Assembly: GCA_051959955.1 (NCBI GenBank)
Contig: JBQCEU010000100.1
Location: forward strand, 1 to 50,316
Length of the DNA stretch: 50,316 nt
Direction of reading: 5' to 3'
Origin: Terriglobales bacterium
GTDB taxonomy: Bacteria > Acidobacteriota > Terriglobia > Terriglobales > SCQP01
In this document: positions 17,619-27,022 of the stretch, piece by piece
Position numbering within the stretch: position 1 is the stretch's first letter
How the letters are laid out: each line of letters starts with the position of its first letter
Made by a program: the position numbers and the translations under genes
The notes under the pieces: model-generated
Told to the model about the DNA's origin: nothing
Seen by the model: only the letters and a program-made list of their open reading frames with translations
The model's database searches: none

Positions 17619-18710
17619 TTAATGCACAGGCTGGCGCGCCAGACGGCGGTACAGGCTGGCATAGGCGGCGGTCATGCTGCGAGCGTCGAAGTTGCGTTCC
17701 GCGCGCTGCCGGCAGGCTCGGGGATTGATGGCCGGCAAGTGCCTGGCGGCCGCTTCGGCCAGACGATCGTCGTCGCCCACAAAGCCAGTTTCGCCATCGG
17801 CGACGACCTCGGGCAGCGCTCCGATGGGCGCGGCGAGCACCGGCACCCCGCAGGCCGCTGCTTCCATCGCCGCGAGGGAGCTGGTCTCGGCGATGCGCGA
17901 CGGAATCACGACCGCAGCGGCCGCCGCCAGGAGATCCAGCTTGGATTGGGCGGAGGGGGGAGGCAGCCAACGTACATCGCTGTTGAGATGCGGGGCAATC
18001 CGCGAGGCGAAGTAGTTTTGGTGGGCGGGGAAGGGGCCGATGTCGCCCACCAACCAAAGAGGCCGGCGGGCGGAGCGGGCGATGGCGATGGCGGCGTGGG
18101 GCGCCTTTTCGGGGCAGATGCGGCCCAAGTACAGCAGCGGCGCGCGAATGTCTGCCGGGGAGCGGCGGAGTGTGAACCGAAGCAGATCTACTCCATTGGG
18201 AATCACCCCGCAACATGCTGCCGGCCCATACTCCCGCGCCTGGGTGTGGCTGACGCACTGCCAGTGAACACCAGGCGGCGGTGGGGACGGGTTGTGCGGA
18301 TACAAGGCGCGCGCGAGGTGACGGGTGAACAGCAGGGGGGCGGGGAAGTCGCCCGGCCCAGCCTGGAAAAGTCCGCCGAGATTGTGGACGAGGTCGAGGC
18401 CGTCTGTCTGTGCCAAGCGCCGGGCGAGACGTCTCGCCGCCGTGCGGCACCGCGCCAGGAGCGCTTCCAGCGCCGGTTGGGAGATGGGAAGGGGCGGCAA
18501 CCCGCTCAAGTGGAATTGCGCCAGCAGACGGGGCCAGGAGATGAACTGGATGCGGGGCCAGGAGCGGCTCCCTTCCGCCCCCACCCAAGTGACCTGGGTC
18601 GGGGGCTGCCTGTCCAATGCTTGCAGCAGCAGATAGACCATCTGCTCGGTGCCGCCGCAGGCCGCACTGGTCACCGGCGTCAACGGGTAGCTGAGCAGCA
18701 ACAACTTCAT
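17619..18710 (-). CDS. Glycosyltransferase family 4 (GT-B)
   Basis: GGTEQ, IPNGVD, GRICPEKAPH and ETSSLAAMEAAACGVPV; ATG 18710 overlaps the PIG-L stop. Confidence 0.88.
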   Translation of the reverse strand: MKLLLLSYPLTPVTSAACGGTEQMVYLLLQALDRQPPTQVTWVGAEGSRSWPRIQFISWPRLLAQFHLSGLPPLPISQPALEALLARCRTAARRLARRLAQTDGLDLVHNLGGLFQAGPGDFPAPLLFTRHLARALYPHNPSPPPPGVHWQCVSHTQAREYGPAACCGVIPNGVDLLRFTLRRSPADIRAPLLYLGRICPEKAPHAAIAIARSARRPLWLVGDIGPFPAHQNYFASRIAPHLNSDVRWLPPPSAQSKLDLLAAAAAVVIPSRIAETSSLAAMEAAACGVPVLAAPIGALPEVVADGETGFVGDDDRLAEAAARHLPAINPRACRQRAERNFDARSMTAAYASLYRRLARQPVH

Positions 18711-19450
18711 GCACCGGCGTCCAGGAAGGCGGCGAAGCGGGCGGCAATCTCCTCGCCGCTCCAAGGCCAGCCCCAGAGTTCATAGACACAGGGGGCGCAC
18801 GGCCGCCGCCGGTAGTTGTGCCGTGGCAGGGGGCGCAGCGCCTCGCGATGGGCATCAAATGGGGCCAAGGTGGCCCGCTGTGAGGCATAGAGGGCGAGGG
18901 CCGCCTGCTTGGCCGCGGCCGGGGAGCCGCGAAGCGTCACACTCCATTCGGGCGCCTCCGGGAAGTGTTGCCGGACCATCGCGCCCGCACGGGTCGTGTA
19001 CAGCGCGTACTCCCAGGCTTCCAGGCCGAGCCTCCGGCTCAGCCTGGCGGCGAGTAAATTGGCGGCATCGTGATCGGGATGCCCGCCCTCGAAGGCCGGC
19101 GCCAGGATCAGTTGTGGGCGCGTTTGCTCCGCAATGTGACGCAGCCAGGCTTCGGCTGGCGCCAGCCTGTGACTCAGCTCCTGATCCAGGACATTGCTGA
19201 AGGCCAAGCGGGCTTGAGGGAAGCCGCGCCAAGCCGCCTTCGCCTCCCGCCGGCGCGCTTGCTTGTAGACCAGGCGGCTGGTGCGGCCGCCGTGGCCGGC
19301 GGGCGCGCGCCAGCGCGCATCGCGCGGGGCCCCATCGGTCAAGTAGGCCACAGTGATAGGTCCAGGGTGCTGTTGCACCCACCCCCACACGCCCACGGCT
19401 TCGTCGTCAGGGTGGGCGGCCAGTATGAGGACGGCACCACCGTTTTTCAC
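18707..19450 (-). CDS. PIG-L family N-acetylglucosaminyl deacetylase
   Basis: AHPDDE, TDG and GGHPDH motifs. GTG 19450 is the preferred start because 19504 would collide with the divergent gene. Confidence 0.85.
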   Translation of the reverse strand: MKNGGAVLILAAHPDDEAVGVWGWVQQHPGPITVAYLTDGAPRDARWRAPAGHGGRTSRLVYKQARRREAKAAWRGFPQARLAFSNVLDQELSHRLAPAEAWLRHIAEQTRPQLILAPAFEGGHPDHDAANLLAARLSRRLGLEAWEYALYTTRAGAMVRQHFPEAPEWSVTLRGSPAAAKQAALALYASQRATLAPFDAHREALRPLPRHNYRRRPCAPCVYELWGWPWSGEEIAARFAAFLDAGA

Positions 19451-19502
19451 CCGCGGCCTGCCGCCCCCGCGCCTATACTGTTGCTGGTTATCCACCTGGA
19501 TC

Positions 19503-20906
19503 ATGAGTTCACTGCCTCAGCCCCTTCTCGCGTATCTCGAATCCAATGCCAGCCAGTCGCTCACCGGGCTGATGGACTTTTTACGCATCCCCAGCATCAG
19601 CACGTTGCCGGCGCACAAGCCCGACATGGCCCGCGCGCTCGACTTTTTGGCCAAGCGACTGACGGCAATTGGCCTGGAACACGTCAAGGCGGTACTGCCC
19701 AAGGGGCTCGCCCAAGCGAACCCCATCCTGTACGCCGATTGGCTGCATGCCCCCGGCCAGCCGACGGTTCTGTTCTATGGCCATTACGACGTCCAGCCCC
19801 CGGATCCATTGGCGGAATGGGTGACCCCGCCCTTCGACCCCACGGTGCGCGAGGGCAACCTCTACGCTCGCGGCGCTGCCGACGACAAGGGCCAGGTCTA
19901 CGCCCAGGTACAGGCTATGGACGCTTGGATGCAGACCCAGCGCAAGTTGCCGGTCAACATGAAGTTTCTGATCGAGGGGGAAGAGGAAGTCGGCGGCGAG
20001 GCCGTGGATGCATATGTGCGTCAGAACAAGAAGGCTCTGGCGTGTGATTGCGTGGTGGTCAGCGACACCGCCATGTTCGCCCCCGGCCTGCCCTCTCTGG
20101 ATGTGGGACTGCGGGGCATGGTGTACGCCGAGGTGGAAATCCAGGGACCGGGCCGCGACCTGCATTCGGGGCTGTACGGCGGCGTTGCGCCCAACCCTTT
20201 CGAGGCTCTGGCACGCATCATCGCCGGCCTGAAGTCACCCGAGGGCAAGATTCTGATTCCGGGATTTTACGATTCCGTGCTGCCGCCCAGCGCGGAAGAG
20301 ATGGCTGCCTGGAAGCGCCTGCCGTTTGATGAGAAGCAGTATCTGGAAGAGGAAGTGCGGGCGTCGGCGCTGGTGGGCGAAGCGGGATACTCGGTGCAGG
20401 AGCGCACCTGGTCGCGGCCCACCTTTGACGTCCACGGCATGCCAGGCGGCTTCACCGGCCCCGGTTCCAAGACGGTGATCCCCGCGCGCGCCTCCGCCAA
20501 AATGAGCATGCGGCTGGTGCCCCAACAAAAACCGGCCGAGATCTTCACTCTCTTCAAGGCCGCGGTCGAGCGCCTGACGCCGAAAGGATTTCAGTGCACG
20601 GTCAAGCTGCTCAATACCGCCGATCCGGTGTTGGTGGATCCCAGAAACCGTTTTGTGCGCGCCGGGGTGACGGCCTTGCAGCGCACGTTTGGAGCCGAGC
20701 CGGTATTCATCCGCTCGGGCGGATCGGTTCCCATCGTCGCGCTGTTCGATTCCGAGTTGAAGGTTCCGACGGTGATGATGGGCTTCGGGTTGCCCGACGA
20801 CGGGCTGCACAGCCCGAACGAGAAATTTGCCTTGACGAGTTTCCACGGCGGCATTCGGGCAGTAGCCGAATTTTTGGCGCTGCTGGCCGACGGCGGAGAA
20901 GGCTGA
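19503..20906 (+). CDS. M20 family metallopeptidase (dipeptidase)
   Basis: YGHYDVQP, ARGAADDKGQ, EGEEEVG, DLHSG and LHSPNE; start ATG 19503. Confidence 0.92.
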   Translation: MSSLPQPLLAYLESNASQSLTGLMDFLRIPSISTLPAHKPDMARALDFLAKRLTAIGLEHVKAVLPKGLAQANPILYADWLHAPGQPTVLFYGHYDVQPPDPLAEWVTPPFDPTVREGNLYARGAADDKGQVYAQVQAMDAWMQTQRKLPVNMKFLIEGEEEVGGEAVDAYVRQNKKALACDCVVVSDTAMFAPGLPSLDVGLRGMVYAEVEIQGPGRDLHSGLYGGVAPNPFEALARIIAGLKSPEGKILIPGFYDSVLPPSAEEMAAWKRLPFDEKQYLEEEVRASALVGEAGYSVQERTWSRPTFDVHGMPGGFTGPGSKTVIPARASAKMSMRLVPQQKPAEIFTLFKAAVERLTPKGFQCTVKLLNTADPVLVDPRNRFVRAGVTALQRTFGAEPVFIRSGGSVPIVALFDSELKVPTVMMGFGLPDDGLHSPNEKFALTSFHGGIRAVAEFLALLADGGEG

Positions 20907-20933
20907 GCGGGCGCAAGGGAAGCCGGCGGGAGT

Positions 20934-21713
20934 TTACTTGCCGCCGGCGACGACGAGGTCGTTTTTCACTCCCAGCACGCCCGGCAGGCCGCGCACCGCA
21001 TTCCCCGCCACGGATTTATCCACCTGGGTGTCAACCACGCCCACCAAGGTGACGCGTCCGTTCTCCACGAGGATGCGGATGGGGTGCGCGGGATCATTGG
21101 CGTAGCGGATCATGGAGGGATTGCCGTAGATGGCGCGGGCCGCGGCCAGCCGGATCTGGTCATCCATGGGCGACAGCGGCGCCACTTCGATGTTGTCAAT
21201 CACGCCTTTGACGCCGGTGGTATCTACGATGATGTCCACGGCGGAGTCGCGGTCGGGGTAGTCACGGACCTGCCCTCCCACCGTGACCACACCGTTATTC
21301 ACGCCCACGGTCAGGGCGTTGAAGGTCTGGCCCATGCCCATGCGGTCGTAGGTGAGGCGGTCGGCGATTTCACGTTTTAGCTGGGCATCGGGGACGGCTT
21401 CGGTGTGCACGGCAATCTGGTTCACCACGCCGTCCACGCCGTCCACGCCGCGCGCCTGATTGGCCGCTTCCAGCTTGGCCCGCAGGTTGGGCACGGCGCC
21501 GGTGAGTTTCGCCACCCGGTCGTCCACCTGGACCCGCACCTGGCCCATGTCCTTCTTTTTGGCGATCTTCTGCTGCACCTCGGCCTGCAGCCGTTGATCC
21601 TGAACCGCCGAGGCCTGGGCGGCGGGGTTGGCCTGGGCGGTGGCTATGCTCACCGCCAGCAGCAAGCTCAACCCCAGCAGCAACCATTGCGGAGCACGCT
21701 CCTTGAGTTCCAT
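20934..21713 (-). CDS. Exported triple-BON-domain (OsmY-like) protein
   Basis: Signal peptide and three BON repeats (LTG..GVDGVVNQI; VTVGG..GVKGVIDNI; VTLVG..GVLGVKNDL). Confidence 0.88.
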   Translation of the reverse strand: MELKERAPQWLLLGLSLLLAVSIATAQANPAAQASAVQDQRLQAEVQQKIAKKKDMGQVRVQVDDRVAKLTGAVPNLRAKLEAANQARGVDGVDGVVNQIAVHTEAVPDAQLKREIADRLTYDRMGMGQTFNALTVGVNNGVVTVGGQVRDYPDRDSAVDIIVDTTGVKGVIDNIEVAPLSPMDDQIRLAAARAIYGNPSMIRYANDPAHPIRILVENGRVTLVGVVDTQVDKSVAGNAVRGLPGVLGVKNDLVVAGGK

Positions 21714-21735
21714 GCACCCACCCCCTCTATTCCTT

Positions 21736-21764
21736 TGGATGGATGAACTTCCCCCGGCGTTGCA
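21736..21764 (-). promoter_or_regulatory. Putative alternative-sigma promoter TGCAAC-N17-CATCCA upstream of the BON gene
   Basis: Same motif and spacing as upstream of osmC and of the 41925 RNA candidate. Confidence 0.55.
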
Positions 21765-21765
21765 A

Positions 21766-23049
21766 TTAGCGCGCCGAAGCCGCTGGCTGCCCGAGCGGGT
21801 ACAAGGGAAAGCCCGCAGCCAATTGCCGCACCTGCCGCTGCACCTTTTCCAACTCGGCGGGCTCCTGGCGGTGGTGGAGCACGTGGGCGATCCAGCGGCC
21901 GATCTGCTGCATCTCGCCGACGCCCATGCCGCGGGTGGTCAGCGCCGGGGTTCCCAGCCGTATCCCACTCGGATTCATGGGCGGGTTGGTGTCGAAGGGA
22001 ATGGCATTTTTGTTGACGGTAATGTTGGCCGCATGCAAGGCGTTCTCGGCCTCCTTGCCGCGGATCCCCTGGCTGAAGACATCCACCAGCATGAGGTGGG
22101 TGTCGGTGCCGCCGGAGACGATGCGGAACCCTTCGTCGTGCAGTTGCGCCGCCAGCGCCCGGGCGTTGGCCACCACCTGCGCCGCATAGGAGCGGAACTC
22201 CGGCTGCGAGGCCTCCAGCAGGCAGACCGCCTTGGCGGCGACAATGTGCACCAGGGGTCCGCCCTGGGAGCCTGGGAAGACCGATTTATCCACCGCCGGG
22301 CCGTACTCCTGGCGGGCGAGAATCAAGCCGCCGCGAGGCCCGCGCAGTGTCTTGTGGGTGGTGGTGGTGACGATCTGGGCGTGGGGAACCGGGCTGGGAT
22401 GGGCGCCGCCCGCCACCAGTCCGGCAAAGTGGGCCATGTCCACCAGATAGAGCGCCCCCACTTCATCGGCGATGGCGCGCATGCGGGCGAAATCAATGAT
22501 CCGGGGGTAGGCGCTGCCGCCGCCGATGATCAGTTTGGGCCGCGCCTGGCGGGCGGTGTCGGCCAGCGCCTGGTAGTCAATGGTCTCGGTGTCCTTGTCC
22601 ACGCCATACGGGACGATGTGATAGGTCTTGCCGGAGAAGCTGAGCGGATGGCCGTGGGTCAGGTGGCCGCCATGCGCCAGGTTGAGTCCCATGACCGTGT
22701 CGCCGGGCTGCAGTACCGCGGCGTAGGCCTCCTGGTTGGCCTGCGAGCCGGAGTGGGGCTGGACGTTGGCGAACTCAGCTCCAAACAACTCCCGGGCCCT
22801 TTGCCGCGCCAGTTCCTCGACCGCGTCGGCGTATTCGCAGCCGCCGTAGTAGCGCTTGCCGGGATAGCCTTCGGCGTACTTGTTGGTAAACACCGATCCC
22901 GCCGCCTCCAAGACGGCGGCGCTGACGAAGTTCTCCGAGGCGATGAGCTCGAGATGCTCGTGTTGCCGCCGGGCTTCGGCCGCAATCGCCCGAGCCACGT
23001 CGGGGTCCACCTCCGCCAAGGGAGCGAGGAAATTGTTGGCCAGGGTCAT
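21766..23049 (-). CDS. glyA: Serine hydroxymethyltransferase
   Basis: [25 protein letters not shown] and [14 protein letters not shown] motifs. Confidence 0.98.
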   Translation of the reverse strand: MTLANNFLAPLAEVDPDVARAIAAEARRQHEHLELIASENFVSAAVLEAAGSVFTNKYAEGYPGKRYYGGCEYADAVEELARQRARELFGAEFANVQPHSGSQANQEAYAAVLQPGDTVMGLNLAHGGHLTHGHPLSFSGKTYHIVPYGVDKDTETIDYQALADTARQARPKLIIGGGSAYPRIIDFARMRAIADEVGALYLVDMAHFAGLVAGGAHPSPVPHAQIVTTTTHKTLRGPRGGLILARQEYGPAVDKSVFPGSQGGPLVHIVAAKAVCLLEASQPEFRSYAAQVVANARALAAQLHDEGFRIVSGGTDTHLMLVDVFSQGIRGKEAENALHAANITVNKNAIPFDTNPPMNPSGIRLGTPALTTRGMGVGEMQQIGRWIAHVLHHRQEPAELEKVQRQVRQLAAGFPLYPLGQPAASAR

Positions 23050-23114
23050 AAGTTCATCTTACGCGGCTTCATTGACTGGCGCGGGGCTCCACCAGCCGGA
23101 GAACGAGAGCGGAC

Positions 23115-23148
23115 AAAAAAACGCCGGAGTGCAGCGAGCGCTCCGGCG
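23115..23148 (-). terminator. Intrinsic terminator
   Basis: 8-bp perfect stem CGCCGGAG/CTCCGGCG followed by T7 on the minus strand. Confidence 0.8.
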
Positions 23149-23190
23149 AAATTCGTGGCCCCTTGCGGAGGCACGGTCAAGTGTGTGGAT
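23115..23190 (-). ncRNA. Candidate ~76-nt sRNA (or attenuator) between the CDGSH gene and glyA
   Basis: -10-like TACACT at 23197-23202, unpaired 5' stretch, GCAA-tetraloop hairpin (23154-23175), then an intrinsic terminator; no ORF. Confidence 0.45.
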
Positions 23191-23192
23191 AA
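23184..23192 (-). promoter_or_regulatory. DnaA box (TTATCCACA)
   Basis: Perfect 9/9 consensus match in an AT-rich intergenic region. Confidence 0.5.
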
Positions 23193-23296
23193 GCCAAGTG
23201 TAGCGCGGAAATCCCAAAATCAATAAAAACTTTGGGTCAAGTTTTCAAAAACCACAAATGCGCCGGTACCATCCACTACTTGGCTACTGCTGCTAG

Positions 23297-23557
23297 CTAG
23301 ACGGCACTATTGGCTGGCTGCTTTTCCTTCTCCTGCTTTTCGCGCGCCAAGATGTGGGCTTCGGGGGCATCCCAGCCGCAGTCGCGATGGGAGGAATCGC
23401 AAAAAGGCTTGTTGCGGGAATGGCCGCAGCGGCAGAGCGAGACAGCCGGCTTGTTGGTGGGCAAGGGAATTTCATTGCCCTCGCTGTCAATCAGGCGAAA
23501 CGGTCCCTCCACCTTGAGCGAGCCTTTGCGACGAACGGTAATCGTGACTTCTGGCAT
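23297..23557 (-). CDS. CDGSH iron-sulfur domain protein
   Basis: LCRCGHSRNKPFCDSSH motif. Confidence 0.9.
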   Translation of the reverse strand: MPEVTITVRRKGSLKVEGPFRLIDSEGNEIPLPTNKPAVSLCRCGHSRNKPFCDSSHRDCGWDAPEAHILAREKQEKEKQPANSAV

Positions 23558-23566
23558 CTTCTCCCC

Positions 23567-23929
23567 CTAGTTTTCGGTAGATTCCGGGTTTCGCTGCCGC
23601 GAGCGACGCAGCAGCGCCTCCATGCGGGCGGTGTACTCCGACGAGCGGTCGAGTTCGAAGCGCAGGTCGGGCACGCGGCGGATTTGCAGCCGGTGAGCCA
23701 ACTCGGCTTTGAGAAACCCACGCGCGGCCATCAGTCCCTGCAAAGCCTGCTGCTGCTCGCGGGCGTCGCCGGCGACGGCGACATATACCAGGGCCAGCCG
23801 CATGGGAGGCTCGAGTTTCACTTCGCTCACCGTGGCCAGGCCAATGCGGGGATCGCCCAATTCGCCCTCGATGAGTTCGTTGAGTTCATCCCGCAAAGTC
23901 TCGGCGATGCGTTCCTGGCGATGGGGCAT
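23567..23929 (-). CDS. rbfA: Ribosome-binding factor A
   Basis: DPRIGLATVSEV and RRVPDLRFELDRS; downstream of infB. Confidence 0.93.
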   Translation of the reverse strand: MPHRQERIAETLRDELNELIEGELGDPRIGLATVSEVKLEPPMRLALVYVAVAGDAREQQQALQGLMAARGFLKAELAHRLQIRRVPDLRFELDRSSEYTARMEALLRRSRQRNPESTEN

Positions 23930-23938
23930 GGGAGAAGT

Positions 23939-24229
23939 CTAGATCAGAATTTCAGCCTGGCCGCGGCGCACGTCCTGGCCGGCGAGCATGCGCTCGGCGG
24001 CGGCCGCCGCCTGTTCCAGTTGGCCGAGCAGATAGCCGGCGTCGCCGTTCACGGCGGCGATGCCCAGCGTGGCCCTCTGCCAGAGGTCGCGATCTTCATC
24101 CAGTTCGGCGACCGAGACGTTGAATTGGCGGCGCAGGCGGTCCTTGACGCTGCGCACCACCTGGCGGCGGTCCTTGAGCGAACCGGCCTCAGGGAGCACG
24201 ATCTCGATTCGCACCCAGCCCACCGCCAT
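23939..24229 (-). CDS. DUF503 (YlxP) family protein
   Basis: SLKDRRQVVRSVKDRLRRQFNVSVAE..DLWQRATLG; typical position between infB and rbfA; start is 24229 or 24238. Confidence 0.88.
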   Translation of the reverse strand: MAVGWVRIEIVLPEAGSLKDRRQVVRSVKDRLRRQFNVSVAELDEDRDLWQRATLGIAAVNGDAGYLLGQLEQAAAAAERMLAGQDVRRGQAEILI

Positions 24230-24243
24230 GCCGTACATCCGGG

Positions 24244-27021
24244 TCAGGCGAGCAGGGTGGCGACCTTCTCCACCGAGAAAGCCTCCAACACGTCGCCTTG
24301 TTTGATGTCGTTGAAATTGGCCACCGAAGCGCCACACTCCATGCCGGAGCGCACTTCGCTGACATCATCCTTGAAACGTTTGAGCGAGGCCAGCTTGCCG
24401 GTGTAGACCACGGCGCCGTCGCGGAGGACGCGCACCTGGGAGTCGCGGGTGAGCTTGCCATCCTTCACCAGGCAGCCGGCGATGGTGCCGGCCTTGGGGA
24501 TGCGGAAGGTCTGCTGCACTTCGGCGCGGCCCAGCACCGTCTCCTTGAAGGTGGGCTCGAGCAGGCCCTGCATGGCCTTCAGAATCTCGTCGGTGAGCTC
24601 GTAAATAATGGAGTGCAGGCGGATATCCACCTTCTCCTGCTCGGCCAGATCCTGGGCCTTGCGCTCCGGGCGGACGTTGAAGCCGATCACCACGGCGCGC
24701 GAGGCGGAGGCCAGCAATACGTCGCTCTCGGTGATGGCGCCCACGCCGGAGTGGATGATGCGCAGCTTGACCTTGTCGGTGGAAAGCTTCTGCAGGGTGT
24801 CGACCAGCACCTCTTCCGACCCTTGCACGTCGGCCTTGATGACCAGGTTCAATTCCTTGACGTCGCCGCGCGCCAACTGCTGGCTGAGGGCTTCGAGGTT
24901 GAGGCGTGAGGAGCGGGCCATGGCTGCTTCCCGTTCCTTCTCCTCGCGGAAGCCGGCGATCTGCTTGGCCTTGAGGCGGTCATTGACCACCAGCCAGTTG
25001 TCACCGGCGCCGGGCACGCCGTCGAGGCCGAGCACGGCGGCGGGGGTGGAGGGTCCGGCTTCCTTGATCGGGCGGCCGCGATCGTCGAACATGGCGCGGA
25101 CGCGGCCCATGATGGAGCCAACAATCAGGGTATCGCCTTCGCGCAGGGTGCCGTTCTGCACCAGCATGGTGGCCACGGTGCCGCGGCCGCGATCGAGCTG
25201 GGCTTCGAGCACCACGCCCTGGGCGGGGCGATCGGGATCGGCCTTGAGTTCCTGGAGGTCGCTGACCAGCAGGATCATCTCCAACAGCAGATTCAGATTG
25301 GTTTTGGCCTTGGCGCTGACGGGCACGGTGACGGTGGTACCGCCCCAATCCTCGGCCAGCAGGCCGCGGTCGGCGAGCTGCTTCTTGACCCGGTCGGGCT
25401 GGGCGTCGGGCTTGTCAATCTTGTTGACCGCCACCACGATGGGTACGCCGGCGGCCTTGGCATGGTCAATGGCCTCGAGCGTCTGAGGCATCACGCCGTC
25501 GTCGGCGGCGACCACCAGGACGACGATGTCGGTGACCTTGGCACCGCGGGCACGCATGCGGGTGAAGGCGGCGTGGCCGGGGGTGTCAATGAACACCACG
25601 CGGCGGCCGTAGGCAGGCGAGTTCTTGTCGCTGATCTCCACCTGATAGGCGCCGATGTGCTGGGTGATGCCGCCCGCTTCGCCGGCGGCGACGCTGGTGG
25701 CGCGGATGGCATCGAGGAGCGAAGTTTTGCCGTGGTCCACGTGACCCATGATGGTGACGACGGGGGCGCGCGGCACAAGGTTGGCGCCGGCCTGGCCGTC
25801 GGCGGACTCTTCCGCCTGGGGCTCGGCGCCCAGGGTCTCCTGTTCGATGCTGACGGTGGTGGCGGCGGCGCCGAAGTCCCGGGCGATCTGGGTGGCGATC
25901 TCGGTATCGAGCGACTGGTTGACGGTGACGAACAAGCCGCGGTCGAGGAGCTTGCGGATGACGTCCTTGGCGCGCAGTCCCAGCCGTTCCGACAAATCCT
26001 TCACGGTCACGCCTTCGCTGATGGTGATGGCGCTGGCGGTGGCCATGACCGGCGTGGCGGCGGAGGCGGGCTGGTATTTCTGGGATCCTTCCTTGCTGCG
26101 CGGCTCACGGCGGGCATGATGGGCGCCCCGGGGCGCGGCGGTCTCGCGGCCGCTGCCGGGCCTTGTGGGATGCATGGGGCGGCGACCGTCGGGGGCGGCG
26201 GCGCCGACTCCCGGCCGCGGCGCTCCGGGGCGGGGCGCCAGGGGGGTGCGCTGATAGATGGGGCGTCCGGGGGCGGGCACGATCGGCCGTCCCGGAGCGG
26301 GGCGCAGGGGCCGTTCCGGCGCGGTGTAGGTGGGGCGGGTGGGGGCCACCGGCACGATCACGCGGCGGGCGCCGGGAGCGGTGGTGGGTGCCACGGAGGC
26401 GCCTGCCGCGGGGGTTGCCACGTTGAGGGTGGGCCGGCGAATGGTGGGGGCCGGCGGCGGCGGGGTGGGGACGGCGGGTGCCAGCGGGCGCCCGGGCGGC
26501 GGCGCCACGGGCCGGGCGGAGGTGGCGGGGGTGGCCGGCGCGGCGGGGCGCGCGGCGGCGGCTGGGCGCACCGGTTCGGCCGGTTCGGGTTTGACCGCCG
26601 GGGCGGGCGGGGCGGCCGGAGGATGCACCGGGGCGCGATAGATGGGCCGCTCGGGCGCGGTCGGGAGCTTCGGCGCCGCCGCGGGCGGCTGCGCCGCCGG
26701 AGAGGGTGCCGCCCGCCGCAGAGCAGGCACACGGGGTTTGGCCGCGGGCGCGGCTGAGGTGTCGGCTGCCTCGGGTGCGAGCGCCTGGGGCGTGCCGGCG
26801 GGTTTCGGCTCGGCCGATGCGGGGGGCGGGGCCGCGGGCGGGGCGGGCGCAGGCTGTTCTTCGCCGCGGATATAACGCCGCACCCGTTCGGCGACATCTT
26901 CTTCCAGCGAACTGGAGTGCGTCTTGTGCTCGGTAAAGCCGATCGCCGTCAGCGCGTCCAGAATCAGGCGCGACTTGACTTCCAGCTCCTTGGCAAGATT
27001 GTTGATGCGAATGTTCGCCAT
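24244..27021 (-). CDS. infB: Translation initiation factor IF-2
   Basis: Start [13 protein letters not shown] at 27021; [21 protein letters not shown] and NKID motifs; Pro/Ala-rich linker. Confidence 0.98.
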   Translation of the reverse strand: MANIRINNLAKELEVKSRLILDALTAIGFTEHKTHSSSLEEDVAERVRRYIRGEEQPAPAPPAAPPPASAEPKPAGTPQALAPEAADTSAAPAAKPRVPALRRAAPSPAAQPPAAAPKLPTAPERPIYRAPVHPPAAPPAPAVKPEPAEPVRPAAAARPAAPATPATSARPVAPPPGRPLAPAVPTPPPPAPTIRRPTLNVATPAAGASVAPTTAPGARRVIVPVAPTRPTYTAPERPLRPAPGRPIVPAPGRPIYQRTPLAPRPGAPRPGVGAAAPDGRRPMHPTRPGSGRETAAPRGAHHARREPRSKEGSQKYQPASAATPVMATASAITISEGVTVKDLSERLGLRAKDVIRKLLDRGLFVTVNQSLDTEIATQIARDFGAAATTVSIEQETLGAEPQAEESADGQAGANLVPRAPVVTIMGHVDHGKTSLLDAIRATSVAAGEAGGITQHIGAYQVEISDKNSPAYGRRVVFIDTPGHAAFTRMRARGAKVTDIVVLVVAADDGVMPQTLEAIDHAKAAGVPIVVAVNKIDKPDAQPDRVKKQLADRGLLAEDWGGTTVTVPVSAKAKTNLNLLLEMILLVSDLQELKADPDRPAQGVVLEAQLDRGRGTVATMLVQNGTLREGDTLIVGSIMGRVRAMFDDRGRPIKEAGPSTPAAVLGLDGVPGAGDNWLVVNDRLKAKQIAGFREEKEREAAMARSSRLNLEALSQQLARGDVKELNLVIKADVQGSEEVLVDTLQKLSTDKVKLRIIHSGVGAITESDVLLASASRAVVIGFNVRPERKAQDLAEQEKVDIRLHSIIYELTDEILKAMQGLLEPTFKETVLGRAEVQQTFRIPKAGTIAGCLVKDGKLTRDSQVRVLRDGAVVYTGKLASLKRFKDDVSEVRSGMECGASVANFNDIKQGDVLEAFSVEKVATLLA

Positions 27022-27022
27022 C

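Noticed and set aside
17619-19450. Naming the GT4/PIG-L pair bshA/bshB or mshA/mshB
   Set aside because: Family-specific signatures were not recognised and no cysteine ligase is nearby; kept only as a low-interest finding.
23070-23110. TGACTGGCG...CCACC resembling a ZMP/ZTP riboswitch upstream of glyA
   Set aside because: The signature is on the plus strand while glyA is on the minus strand, and the 3' GCCTGGGC element is absent.
23184-23260. Possible oriC (DnaA box plus AT-rich tract)
   Set aside because: Only one perfect box, no box cluster, and no dnaA/dnaN context.
26100-26860. Low-complexity GC repeats in infB (also in tonB and the DUF1844 gene)
   Set aside because: They encode Pro/Ala-rich linkers, normal for these proteins; they are not a DNA repeat array.
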